Numbered from the stretch's first letter, positions 23,201 through 35,447 are shown. The stretch is DNA of 64,000 nt from Octopus bimaculoides (GCF_001194135.2 NC_068994.1:5564555-5628554); one strand, 5' to 3'. Notes: a model not told the origin generated them from the letters alone. Numbers and translations: made by a program.

Positions 23201-24689
23201 CAATTTTATAATTAATACTCTGGACAGAATGCTAGGCGATATTTCTTCCACTTTTACGTTCTGAGTTCAAATTCCGCCAAAGTTGGCCTTGCCCTTCATC
23301 CTATCAGGGTCGATAAAATAAGCACCATTTGAGCATCAGCTGATGTTACGGATTTGTCCTTTTCCCCTAAAATTTCTGACTTATACCAAAATTCGAAGCC
23401 ATAATTATGTTATTAATATTACATTGTCTTAATATTATATTATCTTATTACATTTTGACTCAGTTTACAATTCGATTTGATGGGACATGAATCAGCCACT
23501 TTAATATCAAGTATTAATTTTATTTTTAAAATTCTCCATAGATCTTTTCTCATATATTCTTTTCCTTCTCTGTCCTTCTCTTTCCCTTGCTTCTCTTTAT
23601 CTACCCATCACTTTGTTATTTCTGATGTTCCTCCTGACTTAACTCCCACCCCGCTAAATATCTCTTTTATAATATCTCTGGGGTTGCTGCTACTCATTTG
23701 TGAATACCTTCCCTTCTGCTCAGAATACGTACTACATTATCTCCCCTTTGTCTCGTTTGTGTCTGTGGCGTTGGCATTACAATCAATAATATCAAGTTGT
23801 AAATGCGCCTTCCTATCTATTTAATAGCTTTAACTCGGTAATGCAAAATAGTGTTTCCCTATGGCGTCCTAAACTCCTCCCATTAATTCTATTTATAATT
23901 GTGTTTGTCTCATGTACAATCGCATTACACTGATTCAAAGCCGTGATGAAATGACAGCTTTGGGTTTTCGTTTAATATCGTATGAAGCCCTATGACCCTA
24001 TGTTTATATATATTTATATTCTAGCACGTTAAAGGATCTAAATATCTCACCTGTTATAGAAACGAACGTAACAGGATAATAAATGTGATATCAATATCGT
24101 CACTTCTTTATTTGTTTTATTTTACATTCTGTCAGTTTGCTTTCCACGAATTTCAAAGACTTATGACATACCTGATTGTTTTTCTCCTTTATACATCCCG
24201 TTAGCCTAGAGTTCGCCTGAGTCCTGACTGGAGTCGTCACCTGGATCTCACGAATTTCACTGTACTTACTCTGTGTGTGTGTTTTATGTATGTGCGCACA
24301 GACACATACAACTCACTGAAACTTAATAATTTGATGGCTTTAAATGAAAATTATGAGGAACAAGTAAAAATATGTAAATTCATAGATACTGGGACGCTAA
24401 CCGCGTCTAAGACGAAGCAATTAAATAAATGCATTCAATATTGGAACTGTTCTAGCTTTTAAGTTGTGGATAGATTATTTGGTATCATAGAATATTATGT
24501 GTGTGATATGATTACTGAATTGCAACGCTATGATACTTTAATGAGTCGTTAATATTTAATGGGTGTGAAATGTTGCTTTTAGTAAAAATCAATTTTATGT
24601 CAAAACGTCTTTCAATATGGGGTAAAGGTTAACATTAGAACATATAAAAATTAATGGAAGTGAAGAAATATACTCGTGGTCGTTCTAAA

Positions 24690-25800
24690 AATCTACACGA
24701 TGGCACTAATTCAAAGTTAGATGGTGGGTGGGCGTTAAGAATAATATTTCATAGGTTTGTGAGGTGTACATCTGGCAATGCTTTTCAATCGTTAATGTAA
24801 TGTTTGTCGAAGAATAGACTTGTTTCTGTTTACAATGAAATAGCAGGTTGGTTGACTGAAAGTTTCAAATATGTCTCGATGCTTCCGTTTATCTGTTCTA
24901 GTGTGTAAAGGCGTGAGCATGATTATCTTTTTTAATGAATTAGCTGTTAATCCTTTTTGTGAAGCTGAAATCTACTTCGTGTTGACCGTGACGCAATTAA
25001 CTATTTCTTTCACCTTGCAGTTACATTTAATTGGACTGTTGATATTTTATTTAGATATAATCTGGTTGAGAGGGATTTTCTGGGGTTTTTTCTTGCTGAT
25101 ATCTGTGCAAAGTTCTGCGTGACGAAGTATGATATTTTCACAATCATTTGATTAACAACATTGTGGAATTTGTATTTTACAGAAAAATGTTAAAAGTAGT
25201 TAATAATTGTGAGGTGGTCCTGAGGAATTTATCAATAGTTAATAATAATAACAGCTCACCAGGCTGGTATAACCTTCATTATACTAATGGGAATTCACGT
25301 TATGACTTTACGATGTATGATCCAACAATAGCGTTAACCTGAGCAGAATACTCTAAACACCTCCTAAGGTGAAAGGTCACAACATTTTCTTCTTTATTAC
25401 AAAAAAAAAATTGGCATAGAAAATCAAAGACTTTTTTGCTGGTAAGATGATGTCAATGTTCATATTGTTGATAGGTGTTATTCAATTTTTGTGGTAGAAC
25501 GCAGATATACGAATGAGCTTAGCAGTTGAAATGACTTCATCTTTTGTACCAAGTAGAAATATATTGTCACTTTGTTATCCTGAATTGTGCCAAACTGTTG
25601 AATTACTGAATATTTATTATTCCAAAATGGTAGATGTGATATAAGCTTCATCGCGAGGAAAAATAAACGCTAATATTTTTTTTAAAGTAAGTGTTATACT
25701 ACTTTTTATTATTATTAACACATCTGACTGAAAGACAATATGTAAAATTAGATTTATGAGCTTTAGTAGTATTGCAGACAATTTTTAGTATTAGCATTGA
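24690..25800 (-). mobile_element. Penelope-like element fossil (RT plus GIY-YIG remnants)
   Basis: The minus strand shows, in order, TKAHKSNF..VRCVN (cf. DHKxNF..RLIN), FWNNKYSVIQQF, ISAFY, PIKCNCK, NHAHAFTH..TEASRHI and ELVPSCR. Many stops and frameshifts. Confidence 0.6.
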
Positions 25801-26413
25801 TATTGTTTTAAAGGCCCTATTTTTAAATATATATTAGTTATTAAGTTAGAGATAAACCTGTGGTCGACTTTAGTCATTCACCGATCTATCTGAATAAATT
25901 ATGGCGCCTCTAATGATATCAGTATTAGTGCTAAGTACATAACCACCGAGGAAAGTAAAGATAATAGGGGAAGAGCAACGAGGTTTTCGAGAGCATTGAT
26001 GAGCATCGATGAGAATAAACTGATTGGCTTATTTGGAGAGACTTTCCCGTTCACTATTGCAAGTTCTACTTGCTTACGATTAGGGTGGAGAGCTAGGTGA
26101 GAGGCTAGAGGGGGCAGAGCTCCAATAAATTTGTTTAAAGGAAGATGACTTTGGGAAACGAAGTCCCAGTGACTAGAACTAGTTTCAGCATAAGCTTGTA
26201 GCCCGAGGAAAGCAGCTGAACAGGGTAATCAGGATATAATCTTCGACCAATAGGGTTCCGTGATTGTCTATAGAAGGTGCTTCTCCTTTTCGGATATTAA
26301 CATGTAATATACAGTGCATTCCATCAGATTTCATTTTATACGATTTCAAGAGACTTTGAATAGATTCTGTCTGCTATGTCACACTTGAAGTAATAATAAA
26401 GAAATTTATAATC

Positions 26414-26482
<69 letters not shown>
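26414..26482. repeat. (AGT)n microsatellite
   Basis: Direct inspection. Confidence 0.97.
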
Positions 26483-26483
<1 letters not shown>

Positions 26484-27180
26484 TATCGAGGTAGGATTTT
26501 ATTTTTCTGTCTCATGAAAATATAGAAGGATATGTTCTTTTTGTTACTGTTATCTTTTTTTGAAATTTTCATAATATAGATACAAATATATGCATACATA
26601 TATATATANNNNNNNNNNNNNNNNNNNNNNNNNNNNNNNNNNNNNNNNNNNNNNNNNNNNNNNNNNNNNNNNNNNNNNNNNNNNNNNNNNNNNNNNNNNN
26701 NNNNNNNNNNNNNNNNNNNNNNNNNNNNNNNNNNNNNNNNNNNNNNNNNNNNNNNNNNNNNNNNNNNNNNNNNNNNNNNNNNNNNNNNNNNNNNNNNNNN
26801 NNNNNNNNNNNNNNNNNNNNNNNNNNNNNNNNNNNNNNNNNNNNNNNNNNNNNNNNNNNNNNNNNNNNNNNNNNNNNNNNNNNNNNNNNNNNNNNNNNNN
26901 NNNNNNNNNNNNNNNNNNNNNNNNNNNNNNNNNNNNNNNNNNNNNNNNNNNNNNNNNNNNNNNNNNNNNNNNNNNNNNNNNNNNNNNNNNNNNNNNNNNN
27001 NNNNNNNNNNNNNNNNNNNNNNNNNNNNNNNNNNNNNNNNNNNNNNNNNNNNNNNNNNNNNNNNNNNNNNNNNNNNNNNNNNNNNNNNNNNNNNNNNNNN
27101 NNNNNNNNNNNNNNNNNNNNNNNNNNNNNNNNNNNNNNNNNNNNNNNNNNNNNNNNNNNNNNNNNNNNNNNNNNNNNNNN

Positions 27181-27212
<32 letters not shown>

Positions 27213-27840
27213 TAAATCCTCTAAAGGTCCACAAGTCAGGAAAAAGATGCATACATATATCTGTCAATAGAGTGGGTATATTATCCGAAGTGTAGATTAT
27301 CATATATTCACTGCGGCAAATCTAACAATCCAGGTTGCGGTTCTGTGAAAATAGATGATGCATCGAAACAAATAAGGGATTAAGTTAAGAGTTATGTCCC
27401 TTGGCTCCAAAACATCACCACTAGGTTGGTTATACTGCAAGTCGGTAAGAGTTATCTTGAAGTGTTTGTGGGAATTGTGTGCGTCCTTACGGCAAGTGTT
27501 CTTGTGGAAATTGTATATGTGTAGTGCTACCATATGCATTAATTTTGCTGGGGTGTAGACATAACTGCAAACTGAATCTGTTCATTCACCTCCAACAGTA
27601 GAGATCGGTCGCCATATTTCGTACCATATCAGCCACCTCTGATGAGCGTAAGGTTATATCGGTGGATTGTTACCTCACACCTCGTCGTATCCCTAGAGCG
27701 AAACCGATAAGTAAGATCGACCGTAATGGAAAAATAATACTTAACAAATAATGATGTTTGTGTGTGCGCGCGTGTGAGTGTGTACATGTACATGTATATA
27801 CATACATACATACATACATATCTATATGGTTTTTTGTATA

Positions 27841-27867
<27 letters not shown>

Positions 27868-27872
<5 letters not shown>

Positions 27873-27919
27873 AGCCTTGTGAGTGGGATTGGTTGACGGA
27901 GGCTGAAAGAAGCCCGTCG

Positions 27920-27975
<56 letters not shown>

Positions 27976-28212
27976 CACGTAGAGAGAGATAGTTATAGAT
28001 ATATATATATGTCTGTGTGTGCGTCTGCGTTTGTCCCCCAAACATCGCTTGACAACCGATGCTGGTGTGTTTACGTCCCCGTAACTTAGCGGTTCGACAA
28101 AAGAGACCGATAGAATAAGCACTAGGCTTACAAAGAGTAAGTCCTGGGGGTCGATTTGTTCGACAAAAGGTGGTGCTCCAGCATAGCCGCAGTCAAATCA
28201 CTGAAACAAAAA
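27868..28212 (+). mobile_element. SINE family A, 5'-truncated, with expanded internal (CA)n
   Basis: aagccttgtgagtgg...gaaagaagcccgtcgtata[(CA)n]...cccc aacatcgcttgacaaccgatgctgg...gcagtcaaatcactgaaac. Confidence 0.9.
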
Positions 28213-29414
28213 AAGATATATGTTTGTGTATGTGTGTGTATCTGTGTGTGTGTGTGTGTATGTGTATACATACATGCATATACAATTTTAATTATCTCTT
28301 TCCATGATGGACATATTGATATAAACATCTCTATATTTATGCATAAAAATTCATCATCTGAAAGATTCCACCTTTTGCTTTCTCTTGTTTTGCATGTATA
28401 CATGTACACATATTTTTCCATTTGGTGTACTGAATATATTTAATATATGCGATGTGTCTAATTTGTTTATCCGCTCGACTTGATCTCTCTTATAAGTCAT
28501 TCTTTAACTTGTGGAATGTTCCCCTGTAAAGACATCGGAGTCTAAGCTTCTATCTTTTGAGCACTACTAAGTGCCTTCTATACAGAGAATCTCTGGATCT
28601 CATCTGCAAACAATACATGCATATATGTCTGCGCACGCGTGTGTGTGTGTACTTACATGTGATCGAACAGGCCCTAAGGAGGCTGGTGTTGGTGTATGTC
28701 AGCAATACTGATAATATATAGTAAAATCGATTTTTAAAAAAACTGCAATGATCGTACCGTGGTGAATGGATGATCCAACGTTTCGGAAATATTCCTTCTT
28801 CAAAGAAAAGTTGAATGGAAAGAAGTTAATTATACACAACAGGATTCTAGATTCTCTAAGTTAAAAACCTGGCTACAGTTGATAAGGAGCACAAGATATT
28901 GTGGATTTCATACTCGATCAATTAGTGATAGAGTAAGCAAGTTTAATGAATTCAGGTTAGCTGAAAGAATACTTGGCATCATGCCAACGATAGATATATT
29001 CTTCTAATCTTACATCTCTTAATTCATTAAACCCTTTCTTCGTTTTCAACTGTCCCTTCTAATTTTTTCTTTTCAACTGACTCTGAAATTTGACCACTTT
29101 TTCTTACCATTCCATTCCTCTTTCTTTCTACATTCTAACATTGTGTCTTTTACAACGACTTCTTGTTCACGTTTTATGGTTCTAAATTCGTTACCAGTTG
29201 CTGCCTGTTTTCTTTTCCCTTCTTTTTTATTTTTGTTTTTTATTCAGAGAATGTAAAACTCTGATGTCTCTCATTAATTTCTCTTGTTTTAACTTTTCAC
29301 CTGACGAAGGACTTTGCCCAAAACGTTGGATTTTCCACACCCCACTGCAATTTTACTGCACAACTTATTCCTTACTCACATCTGTGTGTGTGTGTGGTGT
29401 GCGTGTGTGTTTGG

Positions 29415-29457
<43 letters not shown>

Positions 29458-29520
29458 ATATGTATATGAACACACACATATACATGCATTCAAGCATGCA
29501 CACGCACTAANNNNNNNNNN

Positions 29521-29553
<33 letters not shown>

Positions 29554-29697
29554 GATATATATATTTATATATTTATGTATATGTAGATATATATATTTAT
29601 ATATTTATGTATATGTGTATATATATATATATATATGTGTGTGTGTGAATGTATATGTATATATATATGTATATATATATGTATATGTATGTATGTA

Positions 29698-29743
<46 letters not shown>

Positions 29744-29867
29744 GATATATATATTTATATATTTATGTATATGTATATATATATATATGTGTGTGTGTAT
29801 GTGTGTATATGTATATATATATGTGTGTGTGAATGTATATGTATATATATGTATATGTATGTATGTA

Positions 29868-29935
<68 letters not shown>
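29521..29935. repeat. Compound (AT)/(ATGT)/(GT) array immediately 3' of the GPCR stop
   Basis: Direct inspection; contains a higher-order duplication. Confidence 0.95.
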
Positions 29936-29939
<4 letters not shown>

Positions 29940-29955
29940 AAAAGGAGGTAACATC

Positions 29956-30519
29956 TCACAGTATCGTGGATGACATCTTGGAACGTTCCGTGTCATAAAA
30001 CGAATTACTATCCTCCGTATAATGATAATGGCAGCCACCTTGATAAGCTATGGTGCTACTAGCAGTAAGACCTGTAGTAATACTACCACTGCCCTGCCCG
30101 ACACTAGTGCCACCGACACCCCCAGCACCGCCACCAATCTCACCACCTCCAATGCGATGCCCACCCTTGGCGCAACCACCGCAAGCTTTGTCCTGGTTCG
30201 TGCCACAAAGCCCCTTTTTTCCGATCCGTCCCAAACGATTTGTGTTGGAGCTCATATACTGGTCTCTGCTCCGACACCTGCGGAGCACTGACATGGAAGC
30301 TGCTCGGAATTTGGTGGAAATCAGGTTATAGATGATAGGGTTACAGGCACTGTTGAAGTATGTTAGCAGTCGAACCGTATGCAGGATGTTGAGGTACGAC
30401 ACGAACGGCAAAGACTTATGTTGTTCATAAGGAGCGTAGATCTTCCACAGAATCAGGATCCGCAATGGCACCAGGCAGAGAAAGAACATGGTAACCACGG
30501 TGGCCAGTATGTAGACGAC
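29956..30519 (-). CDS. ETH-receptor-like GPCR, coding exon 3: TM6, TM7 and C-tail
   Basis: ttttgcag acceptor; [39 protein letters not shown]; TGA at 29958-29956. Spliced CDS is 1398 nt = 465 aa plus stop. Confidence 0.96.
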   Translation of the reverse strand, partial: VVYILATVVTMFFLCLVPLRILILWKIYAPYEQHKSLPFVSYLNILHTVRLLTYFNSACNPIIYNLISTKFRAASMSVLRRCRSRDQYMSSNTNRLGRIGKKGLCGTNQDKACGGCAKGGHRIGGGEIGGGAGGVGGTSVGQGSGSITTGLTASSTIAYQGGCHYHYTEDSNSFYDTERSKMSSTIL

Positions 30520-30640
30520 CTGCAAAAGAGTTTAAAATAGATGTATAAACCTTGAAATTATCATTCTCACTCCCACCACCACCATTCGTTTTCGTCGTCC
30601 TCGTCATCGTCATCATCATTATTCCTATCAAACAATTTAT

Positions 30641-31058
30641 AAAGTTATAGAAGTGATTTTAAATTCTCAAACGCAGGGCAATGCTAATAATATAGCCTGA
30701 ACAGGATACGATACCCCTATTTTGCAGAAAAACGTGTAGGCGGCCAGCTATGAGACACGAACTCACACCTCCGTGATAACGCGTCACGGTGTTCTAGACC
30801 GATTAAGCTAAACTGCCCCACCACAATTTTTTTTGAAAACTTGAGATGTATAGAAATCTCGCTTTATGAGACGCTATCATACGTTATATTCAAATTACGA
30901 TGAACGTAAACAAACAAACGAAGTTTGCATTTAGAAGCGTTGAGATGTCTTAGAAAGTTAAAGAAATGATTTTAAATTCTCAAACGCAGGATAATGCTAA
31001 TAATATGGCCTGAACAGGATAAGCTATCCCTATTTTGCAGAAAAAAGTGTAGGCGGCC
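30641..31058. repeat. 105-bp direct repeat (30641-30745 and 30954-31058), offset 313 bp
   Basis: aaagtta-agaa-tgattttaaattctcaaacgcagg...tattttgcagaaaaa-gtgtaggcggcc occurs twice. Confidence 0.92.
30742..30817 (-). pseudogene. tRNA-like sequence (pseudo-tRNA or SINE head) in GPCR intron 2
   Basis: A-box TAGCTTAATCGG, anticodon stem CCGTGA/TCACGG, T arm GTGAG-TTCGTGT-CTCAT, near-paired acceptor stem and a downstream T5 run. The loop lacks U33. Confidence 0.65.
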
Positions 31059-31476
31059 TATTCAGAATAGATAAGCATGTTAGGAGGAAGAAAAAAAAAA
31101 GGTATTAGTCTTATGGATTGGGGTAGTCTAAAGGATTGGGCTTCTAGTAGCTGTCGTATAGCACAGAAATACGAATTAATTCGGTCTTCCGTATAACATT
31201 CTACATGTCATTGGCAAAGCAGTCTCAAAGATAGCTTTCTTTATTCTGTTTTTGCAAAATTAGAGACAATTTACTATTTGCTAAGTTAGTTAAAAAAGAA
31301 TTTCCCGAATTAGTTGAATAGATGTTCTCTTGATAATGAAATGTTTACAATTAACAATTTCACTAATGTCACACAGAAAATGGAATATAAATTTAGCAAT
31401 TGCTTTTACCTGTGAGATATAAAATAAGTAAAAATCAAAGAAAGTTAATCAAAGTCTTGGTCAAAGACCAATATAC

Positions 31477-31910
31477 CTGCTTCCGTGACTTCATCGAAGC
31501 ACAATTCTTTCTAGTGTCGGCTGCTCCCTGAAGAGTCTGACTGAGCAAGGTGCAGATGATTCGTAGATAGAGAATAATCAGCAGGAAAAGTGGGAGAATA
31601 AAGAACAGCAAAAGAATCACCCATAGATAGATATGCTGCCATATCAAATGGATGTCATTAATGCAGATATATCCTTCACTGCCATCATGGAATGACGATT
31701 CTTTCAGCTCTGAAGTCAGCAGGAAAGGAAAACACACTAAGGCAGCCAATAACCATATTGCCAAAATCACTTTTGTGACCCGGGAGCCGCTGAACATGCT
31801 GTAGTTTAATAATGGATGACAGATTGCAAAATATCGCTCCAAGCTGATGGCTATGATAGTTAAGATGGTTGTACTGGTGCTCAGGTTTTCCAGGAAGTAC
31901 ACAAACCTGC
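31477..31910 (-). CDS. ETH-receptor-like GPCR, coding exon 2: TM3 to TM5 and ICL3
   Basis: ttgcag acceptor restores Cys (T|GC); ISLERYFAICHP, IWLLAALVCFP, ECL2 Cys, FFILPLFLLIILY; ends SRKQ|gtatat; 434 nt. Confidence 0.96.
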
Positions 31911-34900
31911 CTGCAATATAAGACAAATAAAGACGTTGATAACATTGAATTATATGAGTAAATGTGTCCACGTATGAACATAAATGGATGTGCATATAAC
32001 TCCCAGTGCTTGTAGTGAAGGGAATTTGTCTCGCCGCTACCGATGTAAACAAGCTTTGCATTTTGTACCAAAAGCCAATATGAGAGTTATGTATTGTTGT
32101 TAATTTCCATTTAGATACATCATAACACATACGTTATATAGATTTATTACAGATTTTGATGGCATATATCTTTAATAATTAATGATATACATCACCATAC
32201 AAACACGCTATACGTCATTAAATATATAGTATCACATATTGTACACCAACCATGAATCCCTTGTCCTTTATTTTCAGACATTGCGTATGTAGTATATTGT
32301 AAAAAGTGAGTCTTTTCTTTATTTTTACAAATATGCAACTTGAAATTTTGACTGCTATTTCTACTAGGTCAGATAAACACAAAGCAGCAACCTCATTGAT
32401 TGTGGTTTCGATTCCTGGAACTGGCAAACACTTGAGCCAAACACTTCATTTCACATTGTTCCAGTCCACTCAGCAGGCAAATATGAGTCATCCTGTGATG
32501 GACTGTCACAAACTTTAAAGATAGCTTCCAAAATTAAGTTACAAAGATTACTTTTGTTTTATTCTAAAATGACCAACTGCGTGGTTAATAATATTTCTCA
32601 TCAAATCAAATATGTCGCTAGTCATGCGATGTATATTATATACAATGTCCACATCTCAGTCCTATACTGTAACGAGACGATGTCATTTTGCTCAGCAGTC
32701 ACGAACATGACTTGAAATTCTGATGACGTGTCTCTTCCTCTCTCTCTATCTCTCTGTCTCTCTCTCTTTCTCACATACACACGCACGCACATGCGCGCGC
32801 GCGCGCAAACGCAAAACACACGCACAAACACACGCACACACACACACACACACACAAGCACACAGATATTTGTACAAGCATGCATGCATGTGTGGTGGAG
32901 AGTGAGAAAGCGCCTACGTTAGAGGAATTCACACCTATGAATCACAACTGATCTACAATCCTGATGGCAAGTACGAGAAAGAAGTGTTTGTAAAATACTG
33001 CTGTTGTGAAAAAAAATCGTTCGAAGTTTACCGCAAACGCTATCTTCTTTGGATGTAACATGCAGGACAAAAATGTTCAATTTTGATCTGCTTGCTAAAT
33101 TTGCCGCTGGCAGTACTGAAGCGTTTCTAGGTTAGATCAGGAAAATCCTGTTATTGATACGCTGTAACCCAGTACTACATGTTTTATGGGTGGGTGGTCA
33201 GTAACCAAACCATTTCCCTAACCTGGCTTTCCAAGTGAGGAAGTGTTGTGCATGCTCTGCAGAACATAAAAAACAAGACCTATTGAAAGACGGACGAACT
33301 CTTTGTTAGCCAACGGCCATCTACTCTCGTGATGTCTCGCAAAACATCTTGCGTATGGTCTAGCAAACTATGCATCTGGTCTATATCAGATGTATACCGA
33401 TATCAGTTGTATACACGCGTATATCATATATGTATCTAATGTATAATGTATGTATTTGAAATATATATATATATATTTAATGTATATACATATATGTATG
33501 TATTATTAACGATATAAGGTGTATACTATAATAGCATTTATAGTTTTAACTAATAACAGTTATCTAAGGTTCACTTTGCAATCGATGATAATCATGTTTC
33601 TCAATCTCAAGAAATTATCTCCCTTCGAACGTTTACAGTTTTTCTTTTTAAATAACAGCGACAAGGTAAGGTAATGTTATAATGCTACTGTTATTTAGCC
33701 CTAGGAAACACCATTTCTTGTTAGACTAGACACATTTTCTGTGTCCTTATGTTTTCAAAGTCGAAACAAGCACTTCCACCCAGCAAAGCCAGCATCCAGA
33801 GACTAGTTTCAGAGACTTTTCCTTTCAATCCCTCGGAGTTGATAAAATAAGCACCAGTTGAGCACAAGGTTCCATGCGATCGACTAGCCCCTTCCCTCAA
33901 ATTCCAAGCTTTGTGCCTACAGCAGAAATGAGCATTATTATTATCATCATCATCATTATTGTTGTTGTGATTTGTTCGTTTTGTTTTATTGCCGTTGTTA
34001 TTATTATTGTTTAGTTGTTTTATTTTTATTGCTTCCCTTTTGTGGATTACCGAGCGCAGTTCTGTGGGTTATTTGCATGTAGAGTGTATTGTTTTAGTTC
34101 TGTATTTTCTATTACATTGAAAGTACTCGATGTAATATGCATGCACTTCCTAATCAAGCTATTTGCAGTGTGTCGTGTATATTTTTAATTTCTCGAGTGT
34201 TTTTGTTATATATTTGTCTGCATGCTTTAGTAATTCCCAGTGCAATTTTCATTATTGGAATTACATTGTCAATTCTATAGTCATCTTCATTTCCATACCT
34301 TTTATATTTAGATTTCTATATTTCAATATGGACAATACATTATCATCGATTCAGAATGCTACTTCGATTTGAAGGCATTTTCTTTTCTGGTGCTCGTTGA
34401 CAACAACGTTCGACTGATCTACCATAATCTCCCTGTCTGTGTAGATTGGCATATCCTACGTGAAGAGTCTTCTTGTCGTCCCTTTACCATGGCATTCTGT
34501 AACCCTTTTGTTTAAGCTTTACTTTTAGGTTTTTCCTAATGAGTCGTTTCACCATTCTTCTTAAAATTATCTTTATAACTTCAGTTTTGTATCTGTTAAA
34601 GTCTCATTGAGAATAATCTAACTTGAACATATTAATAAGACAGAATATTGATACCTATTGCCTAATATTTACTTCTTTCTATGTTATTTACTTATTACTT
34701 TTTACATTTGTGTTAAGTGTTTTATCTCATCATTCCTTCCCGACCATTTCTTCATTTGTGCGCGTCATAGTCTGTTTTCATCCTTAAGTATTTATACGTT
34801 TGCTCTAACTTTTGTCTGCTGTTTCTTTATCTCTGAACTGGATATTTTTTGTAGATGAAATAAGTACCAGTGAAACACTGGAGTCAATGTAATCGACTAG

Positions 34901-34944
34901 TCCCCTCCCGCAAAATTTCAGGCCTTGTGCCAATAGCAGAAAGG

Positions 34945-35003
<59 letters not shown>
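34945..35003. repeat. (ATT)n microsatellite grown from a SINE B tail, about 45 nt into GPCR intron 1
   Basis: Follows gcagaaaggatt of the family B 3' end. Confidence 0.92.
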
Positions 35004-35047
35004 CACCATCATCATTACCATCACTATTACGTAGGTTAACTACTTAC

Positions 35048-35447
35048 ACATGAATTCTCCCAATGTCCACTTTTCTTCTTGGTAAAAATCCAGAACGGCG
35101 GCCGGTTGGCAAACAAGTAGATAGATTAGGTCGGTGAAACTGAGGTTGATTAGACAGAAGTTGGTGTGTGTACGCATCTCCTTCACGCTGAGTACAATAA
35201 ATATAACGAATATATTACCGCTGACACCAAGAGAAAATATGATCCCGTTCAGTAAACCAACGTAGAGTTTGATATAAAGAGGTGTTACTAACGGTGTAAT
35301 GGTGTATGATTGTTGTTCAGTGCAGTTGGCTGTCGTATAACCGCTGTCGTTGTTGGAACAAGATATCAGGGTCCTCTCTGGCATTGTTACGTTTTCGCTG
35401 GCAGGAATGGCAGCCATTGAGGTTTCGTAAGTTATGAACGATTCCAT
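35048..35447 (-). CDS. ETH-receptor-like peptide GPCR (class A), coding exon 1: N-terminus, TM1, TM2
   Basis: ATG at 35447; N-glycosylation sequons NVT, NDS, NCT; GNxFV (TM1), TNFCLINLSFTDL (TM2), WTLGEFMC; donor T|GTAAGT, phase 1. Confidence 0.95.

Noticed and set aside
25880-26320. GC-richer block with a possible L1/Tx1-type RT remnant (PVQLLSSGYKLMLK, minus strand)
   Set aside because: A single weak motif with many stops; it cannot be assigned by eye.
16100-29900. Search for a second, mutually exclusive TM6-TM7 exon like insect ETHR-A/B
   Set aside because: No further GPCR-like coding segment was seen downstream. N gaps at 16933-17739, 21611-21819 and 26609-27180 cannot be excluded.
32930-33060. 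Short open frame (SQLIYNPDGKYEKEV...) resembling RTE RT
   Set aside because: Similarity is marginal; not enough to call.
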